Part shown: positions 10,221 through 18,303 of the stretch, one piece after another
Numbering within the stretch: position 1 is the first letter of the stretch
Layout of the letters: every line of letters begins with the position of its first letter
Assembly (NCBI GenBank): GCA_043821645.1
Contig: JBDRCO010000043.1
Coordinates: 64,001-128,000 of the forward strand
Source: Pseudomonadota bacterium
Lineage (GTDB): Bacteria > Myxococcota > JACRCW01 > JAFGSX01
Length of the DNA: 64,000 nt
Direction of reading: 5' to 3'
Made by a program: the position numbers and the translations under genes
The notes under the pieces: generated by a model
Seen by the model: only the letters and a program-made list of their open reading frames with translations
Told to the model about the DNA's origin: nothing
The model's database searches: none

Positions 10221-13200
10221 CCGCGCCAGACCGTGGCTGGTCAACACCAGCAGTTCGCCGCGGTGCTCGATCACAGCGTTGACGTCGCGCACCGGCAGGC
10301 TCAGGTGCTCGACCTGCCCCGCCGCATCGACCCGCGCCGCGGGCATGCCCAGGCCCCCCACCCACAGCGTGCCGTCGACGATGGACAGACCCTGCGGCGG
10401 CACCCATTGCGCCTCGAGCCCCGCGATGGGCTCGACCCGAGCTCCGTCATAGCGATGGACGCCGCTGTCATAGGTGCCGATGAACAGGCTGCCGTCGTGA
10501 GCGCGCAGGCTGGTGACCCAGTTCACGCCAAAACCCTGGGCCGCGGTGATCGCGTCGAGGCCCGCGTCCTCGACCACGAACAACCCCTCCTTGGTGCCGG
10601 CATAAAGCTGTCCCTCGACCTCGGCCACGGCCATGAAACTTCGTGAGCCCAGGGCGCTCTGCGCATCCAGGCGTTGCAGAACATCATCGGCCTTCAGCAG
10701 GTAGAGCCCGCGCGCACTCGCCACCGCAAGGCCCTGCGCGGTCGACACCAGATCGTGCACCGCCACCTCGTCCAGCACGGTGCGCACCACCCGATCCTGG
10801 CGCGTGTCCACCGCCAGCAGTCCGCCCTCGCTACCCAGCCACAGCAGCCCGGCGTGCGAGGCCAGCACGTTGAGCCGCCGCTGCATGGGGTTCAGGCCGG
10901 GGGCGACACCCGTCAGCTCCTGCCCGTCGACGCGGAACAGACCCGAGTCGAGACCGGCCACGTACAGGGCGCCGTCGTGGTGCAGGGCGTGGCTCAGGTC
11001 CGGAGCTCCCCGGCGCACGTTGTCGAGGGCGCTGTCCACCGCGTTGAAGCGGCCGCGGTCATCGCGCACGAAGCGCCCGAAGCCACTGTGCACCTCGAGG
11101 CCGTGGGCCGTGCTCCACAGGCCCATCACATGCTTGTGGGCAAAGCGCGTGCGCACCGCGCGGCGTCCCCGCACCTGCCACAGCCCGGTGTAGGCCGTGC
11201 CCACGAACAGCGTGTCGTCGTGCCGCGCCAGGGCCGTGACAAAGCGTGAACCGACCCTGAGCGCGCTCCGCCGCAGTCGCTGGCCCCGCAGCTCGTACAG
11301 ACCCTGGCCCAGCACCGCCACCAGGACCCGACCATTGCCCAGAGGCTCGAGGCCGGTGACCGCGTGGTGCAGGTCCACACCGGCGATGCGGCGGGCTGTG
11401 CAGCGTGCGTCGCGGCAGCTCAGGCGCAACAGATCGCCGCCCTCGGTGCCGAGCAGGATCTCGTCGCGGCCACTGGCGAGCTGCGAACTGAGCTCGAGCG
11501 ATCGCAGGTTCAGGCCATGGTTCGAGAAGCGCCGTGGGCCGCGATCGGTGGTCAGCACCAGCTCGTCTCCGTCGAGGCTCAGCCCGCTCACCGAGTGCAT
11601 GCGCGCGGGGACGGCCAGCACTTTCCCGGTCGGCTCCGGGAGGGACTGCTGCACCGCCTGCACCTCGAGCTCGTCGCCCTGGCGGCGGCACGCAAAGGCA
11701 CTGCGGTTGCCCGCGCGGTCGCGCACATACACCGTGAAGGCCGCGGGCAGATCGGCGATGGCCACCAGCCAGCTCTGGCCCACGGGCGACAAGGTCAGGG
11801 CCTTTTTGTCGTCACCGTGGATGATCACCGAAGCCACCGCCGGGGTCTCGTCGCCGGTGACCACGCTGAGCAGGCCCTGCTCGGGCTCGAACAGCAGCGA
11901 AGCCTGCGGACCGCGCTCGTCGATCTGGTAAAAGGCGTGGGCCAGCTCGACCCGGCCGTCGTCGAAGTGCTTGAACACCTCGATGCGGTAGAAGGTGGCG
12001 CTCCAGCCGCGCGGCACCAGGAAGCGATCGGTGAAAGTGTCGAGCTCGGGGTCGTGCACCAGACGCCGCTTCTCACCAAAGGGATACCAGGCCACCACCT
12101 CGACCAGACCGGGTTCGCCGTGCACGGTGAGCACCGGGTCACCGGGCAGGGTGGCGGCCACGCTCAGCTCGGGGTCCACCGCATGCAGCGAGGTGAAGGC
12201 GGTGGGGATGCGCTCGCGCAGGCTGACCTGGATGATGCGCTGCTTGAGCGCGGCGTCGGGTTCGGCGCGGTACGTCTGCATCCAGCTCGCGAGCAGGCGC
12301 CCGTACACGCTGCGCTGCACCGACGCGGCAGCGTCGCTTCCAGGCTCGGGCGTGGTGATGGCGATGTGGCGCTCGATCTCGTGACCCTCGATGTCGAGCC
12401 GCACCGTGAGGGGCCCCAGCTCGTCGAGGAGCGCGTGCAGGCGCAGCAGTCCGCCCTCGGCCACCTGCAGCGCCGGGCTTCCGATCAGGCGCAGGTCGCG
12501 ACCGGCCTGGCGGATCCCCTGCACCAGCAGCACGGGCAGGGTGATCTGATCGGCGAGCTGCAAAAGCTTCGCCGGTGCGTCCCCTTCGGTCTGGAACAGC
12601 GCGGCGTTCGCCGGTACCTGGTCGGCAAAGAACGCGGCCTCGTGGGCATCCGCGAGCAGGATGGTGCGCAGCTCCGAGCGCGCCAGCTCGGCCAGGTCGG
12701 GCAGCTGCGGGTCGGTGACCAGGGCGCAGCGAACCTCGCTCAGACCACAGCCCAGGCGCTGTGCCGCGCGCTCCAGATCGCTGGCCGAGGTCGCGACCCA
12801 GGGCTGGTCTTGCAGGGCCCGCACCAGGGTATCGGGGTTCTCGCCGTCCAGGTTCTGCAGCAGGCGTTCGCCCACCACGTGCAGCTCCACCGGCACCGGC
12901 GACTGGTCCAGCACCCGCTCGATCAGAGTGCGCAGGCTGGCGCCGCGGCGGCGCAGCGAGGGGGAACCGTCGATGAGCAGGTGCAGCGATGTGTAGGGTG
13001 CCCGCCATTCGCCGCCGTCATACAGGGCGACCTGGATCTGCACGCCGTGGCGTGCGCCTTCCTCGGCCTCACCCTCGATCAGGGACACCGCCGCGGCGCG
13101 GGTCATCAGGGGCGGCATCTCCTCGTTCCACCACAGGTCCAGGGGCGTGCTGGCACTGAGCGCCAGGCTCACCCGCTGCGGCGAGCGCGCCAGCACCTGG

Positions 13201-13796
13201 GGCTTGTGACCCTCGACCCCGAAGCCAGCCAGGCGCGCCGCGGTCTCGATCTCGCACAGCACCGTCGACGGAGTGGCCGCTTGCCCCAGAAAGCTGTCGA
13301 CGGGAAGCGCCAGGTGAAAGCGCCCCATTTCCATCTCCACCGGAATGCTCAGCTCGACCTGGATGCGCTTTTGCTCCCCGGCGCGCAGCGGGAACACCGA
13401 GAAGCTCTGGATGTTGCGCTCCGCGGTGAGCAAGGCCGTGCTGCGACCCGCGGCCGCGGCAGCGTGGTGAGCGGCCTTGGCCTCGTCCTTCTCCTTGAGC
13501 TCGGCGCGCACCAGGCGGCCGTCGGAGTAGAAGCCAAAACCCGTGACCTGGGCGCCCTCGGGCAGCAGCAGCTGGTAGTCGGCCTGCCCAAGCTCCTCGC
13601 CGTCGTTGGCAAAGATCTGGGTCAGCTCGACGCGAGCCTCGTTGCCTGAGATGCGAGCGCGAATGGCCTGGCTCACCAGAGGCAACTGGCGCGCGGTGGT
13701 GAAGAGACCCGCAGGCCTGTCCTCCTGGGCAAGGGCCAGAGCGCAGATCACAAGGGCGACCACGACGACGACGGGGCGCGCGGTGTGGCGGTTCAT
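10203..13796 (-). CDS. Secreted VIT-domain / vWA-like / beta-propeller protein
   Basis: N-terminal VIT-like segment (ARVELTQIFAN..LPEGAQVTGF), DGSPS MIDAS-like motif, C-terminal LWLGSEGGL/LYAGTKEGL/LFIGTYDSG propeller blades. Confidence 0.7.
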   Translation of the reverse strand: MNRHTARPVVVVVALVICALALAQEDRPAGLFTTARQLPLVSQAIRARISGNEARVELTQIFANDGEELGQADYQLLLPEGAQVTGFGFYSDGRLVRAELKEKDEAKAAHHAAAAAGRSTALLTAERNIQSFSVFPLRAGEQKRIQVELSIPVEMEMGRFHLALPVDSFLGQAATPSTVLCEIETAARLAGFGVEGHKPQVLARSPQRVSLALSASTPLDLWWNEEMPPLMTRAAAVSLIEGEAEEGARHGVQIQVALYDGGEWRAPYTSLHLLIDGSPSLRRRGASLRTLIERVLDQSPVPVELHVVGERLLQNLDGENPDTLVRALQDQPWVATSASDLERAAQRLGCGLSEVRCALVTDPQLPDLAELARSELRTILLADAHEAAFFADQVPANAALFQTEGDAPAKLLQLADQITLPVLLVQGIRQAGRDLRLIGSPALQVAEGGLLRLHALLDELGPLTVRLDIEGHEIERHIAITTPEPGSDAAASVQRSVYGRLLASWMQTYRAEPDAALKQRIIQVSLRERIPTAFTSLHAVDPELSVAATLPGDPVLTVHGEPGLVEVVAWYPFGEKRRLVHDPELDTFTDRFLVPRGWSATFYRIEVFKHFDDGRVELAHAFYQIDERGPQASLLFEPEQGLLSVVTGDETPAVASVIIHGDDKKALTLSPVGQSWLVAIADLPAAFTVYVRDRAGNRSAFACRRQGDELEVQAVQQSLPEPTGKVLAVPARMHSVSGLSLDGDELVLTTDRGPRRFSNHGLNLRSLELSSQLASGRDEILLGTEGGDLLRLSCRDARCTARRIAGVDLHHAVTGLEPLGNGRVLVAVLGQGLYELRGQRLRRSALRVGSRFVTALARHDDTLFVGTAYTGLWQVRGRRAVRTRFAHKHVMGLWSTAHGLEVHSGFGRFVRDDRGRFNAVDSALDNVRRGAPDLSHALHHDGALYVAGLDSGLFRVDGQELTGVAPGLNPMQRRLNVLASHAGLLWLGSEGGLLAVDTRQDRVVRTVLDEVAVHDLVSTAQGLAVASARGLYLLKADDVLQRLDAQSALGSRSFMAVAEVEGQLYAGTKEGLFVVEDAGLDAITAAQGFGVNWVTSLRAHDGSLFIGTYDSGVHRYDGARVEPIAGLEAQWVPPQGLSIVDGTLWVGGLGMPAARVDAAGQVEHLSLPVRDVNAVIEHRGELLVLTSHGLARLGNGR

Positions 13797-14785
13797 GATG
13801 CACCTCCGAACTCGACGCGAATGGGAGTGGTGATGGGCAGGCAGCGATCGAGCAGGTACTCGGTGGCGCCGCCCACGCCCTGGGTCAGGTGCAGGCGAAG
13901 CTGCAGGTCGTCGTCGCTGGCCTCGAACACGGGAGCGCCGGCCAGGCCCGTACCCTCGGGCAGCACCAGGCTCACGGTGCAGGGCGCGCCGGTGGCCTTG
14001 CTGTGCGCAGCGTCGAGCCCGCCGTGATAGACCAGCACACCCGGAGCGTTGAGCGTGTCACGCCTGTCCACCTCGCGCGCCGTCACCGCGGTGCGCGGTG
14101 TTGGCTCGGGCTCGCGCGCCAGGGTGCGCATCATGGCCTCGGCCACGCCGCTGGTCTGGGTGCTGACGCGACCTATGTGTTGGTAGCTGCCCTCGCTCTG
14201 GTACGCGATGCGCCTGAAGAAGGCCACGCCCTCGCTGGGCAACGAACGGCAGCCGATGGCGTGGATGGCCACCTGCCTGTCGTGCGCCAGCTGCACGATC
14301 TGCTCGGGGGTCGGGTGCTGGTGGTAGTCGAGGTGCGGCGGCGCGTCGCCGATCAGGAAGATCTGGCGCTCGGTCCCCACACTGCGATCCCAGTTCATGC
14401 CGTTCAGGGCCACGTGCAGGCCAGACAGCACGTCCTCGGGGCCATCGCCGCCGCCGTCGGCCACCAGAGCGGCCAGGAAGCGCTGGCTCTGCTCCACATC
14501 CTCGGTCAGGGGGGCCTGCTTGGTGACGTACTGATCGCCCTGATCGCGGTAGGCCACGACACCCAGCCGCACCCGTTCCTGGGGACGCGAGGCGCGCAGG
14601 GCCTGACTGATCTGGACCACCCGCTCCTTGACCTCGCGCAGCTCGCCCGACATCGAGCCCGTGGTGTCGAGCACGAACACCACATCGAGGTCGGCGCGCG
14701 CTGGCCTCGCACTCGCCAGCACCAGCACCGCGCCCAGCATCGCCAGGCCCGCCCTCACCGCCGCTTGCCTTGCCCCTGCCTGCAT
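13793..14785 (-). CDS. Secreted von Willebrand factor A domain protein
   Basis: LDVVFVLDTTGSM, GGGDGPE and IGDAPPH motifs. Stop overlaps the VIT gene start (ATGA). Confidence 0.85.
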   Translation of the reverse strand: MQAGARQAAVRAGLAMLGAVLVLASARPARADLDVVFVLDTTGSMSGELREVKERVVQISQALRASRPQERVRLGVVAYRDQGDQYVTKQAPLTEDVEQSQRFLAALVADGGGDGPEDVLSGLHVALNGMNWDRSVGTERQIFLIGDAPPHLDYHQHPTPEQIVQLAHDRQVAIHAIGCRSLPSEGVAFFRRIAYQSEGSYQHIGRVSTQTSGVAEAMMRTLAREPEPTPRTAVTAREVDRRDTLNAPGVLVYHGGLDAAHSKATGAPCTVSLVLPEGTGLAGAPVFEASDDDLQLRLHLTQGVGGATEYLLDRCLPITTPIRVEFGGAS

Positions 14786-14963
14786 CGCCCACCTCCTGCC
14801 GCGGATCCGACCGCTGTTTCAGGGGGAAGTAGCGTGGGGCGTGCCAGCCACGCGGCCGCGAATATACGTTGAATGTATTGATGAAATCGCCGTTCCGGCG
14901 GACCCGGGTGTCGGCGTCAGAACACGATAAATGGCTGCGTGATGCTCTTCGTAGATCAAAACC

Positions 14964-14998
14964 AAGCGTTCACGGCGACCGCCGTGGCAGACGCCTTA
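14964..14998 (-). promoter_or_regulatory. Putative SECIS element 2 (after UGA 14999-15001)
   Basis: Minus strand reads TGA TAAGGCGTCTGC CACGGC-GGTC-GCCGTG AACGCTT. 6-bp upper stem, GGUC loop at positions 22-25 from the U of UGA, lower stem AGGCGT/ACGCTT. It could also act as a terminator (TTGGTTTT follows). Confidence 0.6.
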
Positions 14999-15337
14999 TC
15001 AGGAACCGCCCGGCGGGCGCACCGCCGCTCCACCCAGGGCCTGCTGCATGCCCTCCTTGCCCATGACCTGCTCCAGCAGCTGCAGCAGCTTCTTCAGGAG
15101 TTCCTGCAAGCCGTCCTCGCCGCCGCCCTGTGCACCCTGCGCGCCTCCGGCTCCCTGGCTTCCTTGAGCGCTACCTGCGCTCGCGGGAGAGCCTCAGCCA
15201 CCGCTCGCTTTCTTGGCGCTGAGCTGCTCTAGGATGTCCTTCACCTTCTTGACCATCTGCTCGGGTGCCATCTGCGACGGCTTGTGCTTGATGGCCCGCC
15301 GCGCAGCTCCTGCCCTTCCTCCCGCTCCGACTTTCAT
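14996..15337 (-). CDS. Putative small Gly-rich two-helix selenoprotein (113 aa, Sec48 and C-terminal Sec113)
   Basis: GGAGGT RBS 5 nt before ATG 15337. Translation: MKVGAGGRAG...KKASGG-(TGA 15194-15196)-GSPASAGSAQGSQGAGGAQGAQGGGEDGLQELLKKLLQLLEQVMGKEGMQQALGGAAVRPPGGS-(TGA)-TAA. A SECIS-like hairpin follows each TGA. Confidence 0.75.
15157..15193 (-). promoter_or_regulatory. Putative SECIS element 1 (after in-frame UGA 15194-15196)
   Basis: Minus strand reads TGA GGCTCTCCCGC GAGCGC-AGGTA-GCGCTC AAGGAAGCC. Upper stem starts 11 nt after UGA, loop has G22 G23 U24, lower stems GGCT/AGCC and TCC/GGA. Confidence 0.75.
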
Positions 15338-15382
15338 CCCGCACCTCCCGGGCGCAGCCATCGCGCCCTCCGCCTTCGAAGG

Positions 15383-15410
15383 ATATCGCGCACACACACC
15401 TTGAGGTTGC
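15383..15410 (-). promoter_or_regulatory. Putative sigma28 (FliA-like) promoter of the selenoprotein gene
   Basis: GCAAC-N15-CGCGATAT. Same -35 pentamer, spacing and CGATA core as the element at 37816-37843. Confidence 0.45.
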
Positions 15411-15490
15411 TAATATACCAAGAGCCAGTGTCGGGTGTTGTCGCACCACGCGCCGCGAGCCAGGCGCTCGCACGCGCCAAGGGAGGGCCC

Positions 15491-15943
15491 ATGAGCCAGC
15501 GGACCGAAAGGGAGATCGCCTCCACCCGCCTGGAGGATCTGCTCAACCAGCGCGAGACCGAGGACAGCTACAGGTACCCTCGCCACGTCATCCGCGACTT
15601 CATCGCGATGTGCGTGTTCGATCTGGGACTGGAGGTCACACCCCCGCTGCAACAGCCCATGATGGACTTCTTCGAGGAGCTCGGCCTGCCGCCGGAGGCC
15701 AGTGCCACCGAGTACGATGCGCGCATCCGCGAGTACTTTGCACAGCACCCCGTGGATCCGCAGTTGACCCAGGAGCTGGGCAGCCTGGGCCGTGACGTGT
15801 TGCTGGGGCGCGTCGAGGGCTACCGGAGCACCATCGAGGAGATGCGCGCCCTCATCAGTATCGGTGCCCAGCTGGCTACGCGCGCGCCGGTCGACGAGAT
15901 TGCGCGGCCCGTGGCGAAACCCAAAAAGGGCCTCGACTCCTGA
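15491..15943 (+). CDS. Hypothetical acidic helical protein (150 aa), divergent from the selenoprotein gene
   Basis: GGAGG RBS before ATG 15491 and typical codon usage. No family recognised. Confidence 0.7.
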   Translation: MSQRTEREIASTRLEDLLNQRETEDSYRYPRHVIRDFIAMCVFDLGLEVTPPLQQPMMDFFEELGLPPEASATEYDARIREYFAQHPVDPQLTQELGSLGRDVLLGRVEGYRSTIEEMRALISIGAQLATRAPVDEIARPVAKPKKGLDS

Positions 15944-16156
15944 AAAAAGCTGTCCTCGATAAAGCGGCCCCCATGTCCTGCACGGCCTGACTGCGCCCGG
16001 GCCCTAGGCTGGGCCGGACCTGACAGATCTGTCGTGATCTCGGATCGCTCCCTTCTTAATTAAATCATCTTAATATAATTATTTCATAAGGTTAGAGCAC
16101 TGGCCCGATTCCTGTTTAGCATCCTCCCAAGAACGCTTAAGCAGACCGGAGCTGAC

Positions 16157-16435
16157 ATGAAAGCCAAGTGTGCGATCCTGGGCCTGGTGCTTGCGCTGGG
16201 CTGCGCGCCGCGCCCCGACATCCCGACCCAGGACCTAGGCAAGGACTGCCACAGCGACAGCGACTGCGCCCAGGGCCAGAAGTGCACCTCGTACGCGCAT
16301 CCGAGCTGCGACAACCAGCAGTGTCAGAGCTGCGAGATCGCCTGCGACGCAGACAGCGACTGTCCCGAGGGCTTGCATTGCAACCTGCCACCCGTGTTGC
16401 CGGATTCGGTGGTGAACACCTGCATGCAGGATTGA
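16157..16435 (+). CDS. Small Cys-rich lipoprotein
   Basis: GGAG RBS, lipobox LALGC, two CxxDSDCxxGxxC modules. Confidence 0.7.
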   Translation: MKAKCAILGLVLALGCAPRPDIPTQDLGKDCHSDSDCAQGQKCTSYAHPSCDNQQCQSCEIACDADSDCPEGLHCNLPPVLPDSVVNTCMQD

Positions 16436-16518
16436 AAAGGCAAGGCGCCGCGACGCCGCGCGAGGGTTCGCGCCTGCGTTTGGTGAATCATTCAATGACG
16501 CATGATGCTGGAGGAAAA

Positions 16519-18018
16519 ATGACTCGAAGCGAGAACATGGGTGGACTTGGGGGATTCTTCACACGCATCGCCGTCGGCTTGTGGCTGATCGGCGTGCTGG
16601 CGGCCTGCTCCGACATGAGCATGGGCGGCAGCTACCTGGGAGCGACTCCGGGCGGCGCCCAGGACATGAGCCAGGCGCGCGAGATCATCGCGCAGGGAGG
16701 GGTGCCTGGCCCCCAGCAATTCACCGCCGAAGGCCTTTTCAGCGAGCACGACCTGACCCTGGCCAACCAGCCCACCTGCGCACAGGTGCTGTGCCTGGGC
16801 AGCGCGGCCGGCCTCGAGGTCGGGCTCGACGACAACCAGCGCGACCTGTTCGTGCAGATAGGCATGTCCTCCAGCATTCGCGCCGATGCCTTCGAGCGCT
16901 TGCCGCTCAACCTGGGCATCGTCGTCGATACCTCGGGCTCCATGAGCAGCGTGCTACCGGAGCTCAGGCAGGCCCTGCACGCCATGGTCGACGTGCTGCG
17001 GCCCGACGACCGTGTGGCCCTGGTGGTGTTCGAGGCGACGGCGCGCGTGATCCAGGCCTCGACCCTGGGCACCGACGCGGCCGTGCTCCACGCCGCCGTG
17101 GACAGGCTGCAGACCGGCGGCTCGACCAACATGGAAGCCGGCATGCGCCTGGGCTATGCCCAGATCGACGACCACGTCGATGCCGAGCACCTGTCGCGGC
17201 TGATGGTCTTCACCGATGCGCAGACCAACACCGGCGTCACCGACGTCGGCAGCTTCGGCGCCATGACCCAGGCAGCTGCCGCGCGCGGCATCGGTTTCAC
17301 CTTCTTCGGCTTTGGCCAGAACTTCTCGAATGAATTCGTCGACCAGATCGCGCACCTGCGCGGCGGCAACTACCGCTTCGTGCGCGCCGAGGACGTGAAG
17401 CCCATCTTCGAGGACGAGTTCGACTACCTGGTCACGCCCATCGCCTACGACCTGCGCGTGGCCCTGACCGCGACCAGCGGCGTGCAGCGCCGCGCCATCT
17501 ACGGCGTGCCCCAGGTCGACAGCCACGTCGACGGCGAGCTGTTCGACGTCAGCACGGTGTTCCTGAGCAAGCGCAAGGGCGGCATCGTGCTGCGCTTCGA
17601 CGGTCGCGACCTCGAGGCCCTGCGCGACGGTGATCAGCTCAAGCTGGGCGAGGCCGTGATCACATACGACACCGTCGACGGTGTGCCCGTGGAGCAGCGC
17701 TTGGCCGTGACCATGCCGCTGATCGGCAGCGTGGAGCCCGACGCCAGCCACTACCCGGACGTGCACATCCAGCGCACCCTCGCCGTCACCGACCAGTACC
17801 TGGCCATGCAACGGGTGTGCTCGGACTACTGGGGTGAGGGCGCGGATGAGTGGTCCCAAGTACGCGCCACCGACTTCGACCTGGCCGATGCCACCGCTCG
17901 ACTGGACGCCGCCATCGCCAAGGTGCAGGCCTCTCACGCCGTGCTCGACGACCCCAACCTGCAGCGCGAGATCGATCTGCTGACCAAGCTCAAGCAGAAC
18001 GTCGCTGCCGGCGAATGA
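16519..18018 (+). CDS. vWA domain lipoprotein (YfbK-like)
   Basis: GGAGG RBS before ATG 16519, lipobox VLAAC, DTSGSM MIDAS, GGSTNMEAG and FTD motifs. Confidence 0.8.
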   Translation: MTRSENMGGLGGFFTRIAVGLWLIGVLAACSDMSMGGSYLGATPGGAQDMSQAREIIAQGGVPGPQQFTAEGLFSEHDLTLANQPTCAQVLCLGSAAGLEVGLDDNQRDLFVQIGMSSSIRADAFERLPLNLGIVVDTSGSMSSVLPELRQALHAMVDVLRPDDRVALVVFEATARVIQASTLGTDAAVLHAAVDRLQTGGSTNMEAGMRLGYAQIDDHVDAEHLSRLMVFTDAQTNTGVTDVGSFGAMTQAAAARGIGFTFFGFGQNFSNEFVDQIAHLRGGNYRFVRAEDVKPIFEDEFDYLVTPIAYDLRVALTATSGVQRRAIYGVPQVDSHVDGELFDVSTVFLSKRKGGIVLRFDGRDLEALRDGDQLKLGEAVITYDTVDGVPVEQRLAVTMPLIGSVEPDASHYPDVHIQRTLAVTDQYLAMQRVCSDYWGEGADEWSQVRATDFDLADATARLDAAIAKVQASHAVLDDPNLQREIDLLTKLKQNVAAGE

Positions 18019-18029
18019 GGAGGCGTCCC

Positions 18030-18293
18030 ATGGTTCGCACGTGGATGGGGCTTCTGGTTGTGACAAGCATCCTGCTGGGCGGTGCCTGCATCCCGATCGG
18101 ACCCGACGGCCAGCGCGTCTGCGCCGACCCCGTGAGCTGCGCCGAGCTGGTGCGCCTGACCTGCGGCGACGACGATCGCTGCCACGACGAGGGCTCCTGC
18201 ACCGCAGCGCGCCACCTCGAACAGAACGCCGACGCCAGCGCCTGCCAGTCGGCCTGGTGCGACCTGGGCGAGAGCTACCGCGCCTGCCCGTGA
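18030..18293 (+). CDS. Small Cys-rich lipoprotein
   Basis: GAGGAGG RBS, lipobox LGGAC, 8 further cysteines. Confidence 0.65.
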   Translation: MVRTWMGLLVVTSILLGGACIPIGPDGQRVCADPVSCAELVRLTCGDDDRCHDEGSCTAARHLEQNADASACQSAWCDLGESYRACP

Positions 18294-18303
18294 GCGCTCG
18301 ACC

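Noticed and set aside
14996-15337. Pseudogene (nonsense mutation) interpretation
   Set aside because: Not excluded, but two independent hairpins with identically placed G23/U24 are hard to explain by a random stop.
15194-15397. 67-aa ORF call MCARYPSK... ending at TGA 15194
   Set aside because: The RBS supports ATG 15337, and the frame continues past the TGA with a SECIS-like hairpin, so it is replaced by 14996-15337.
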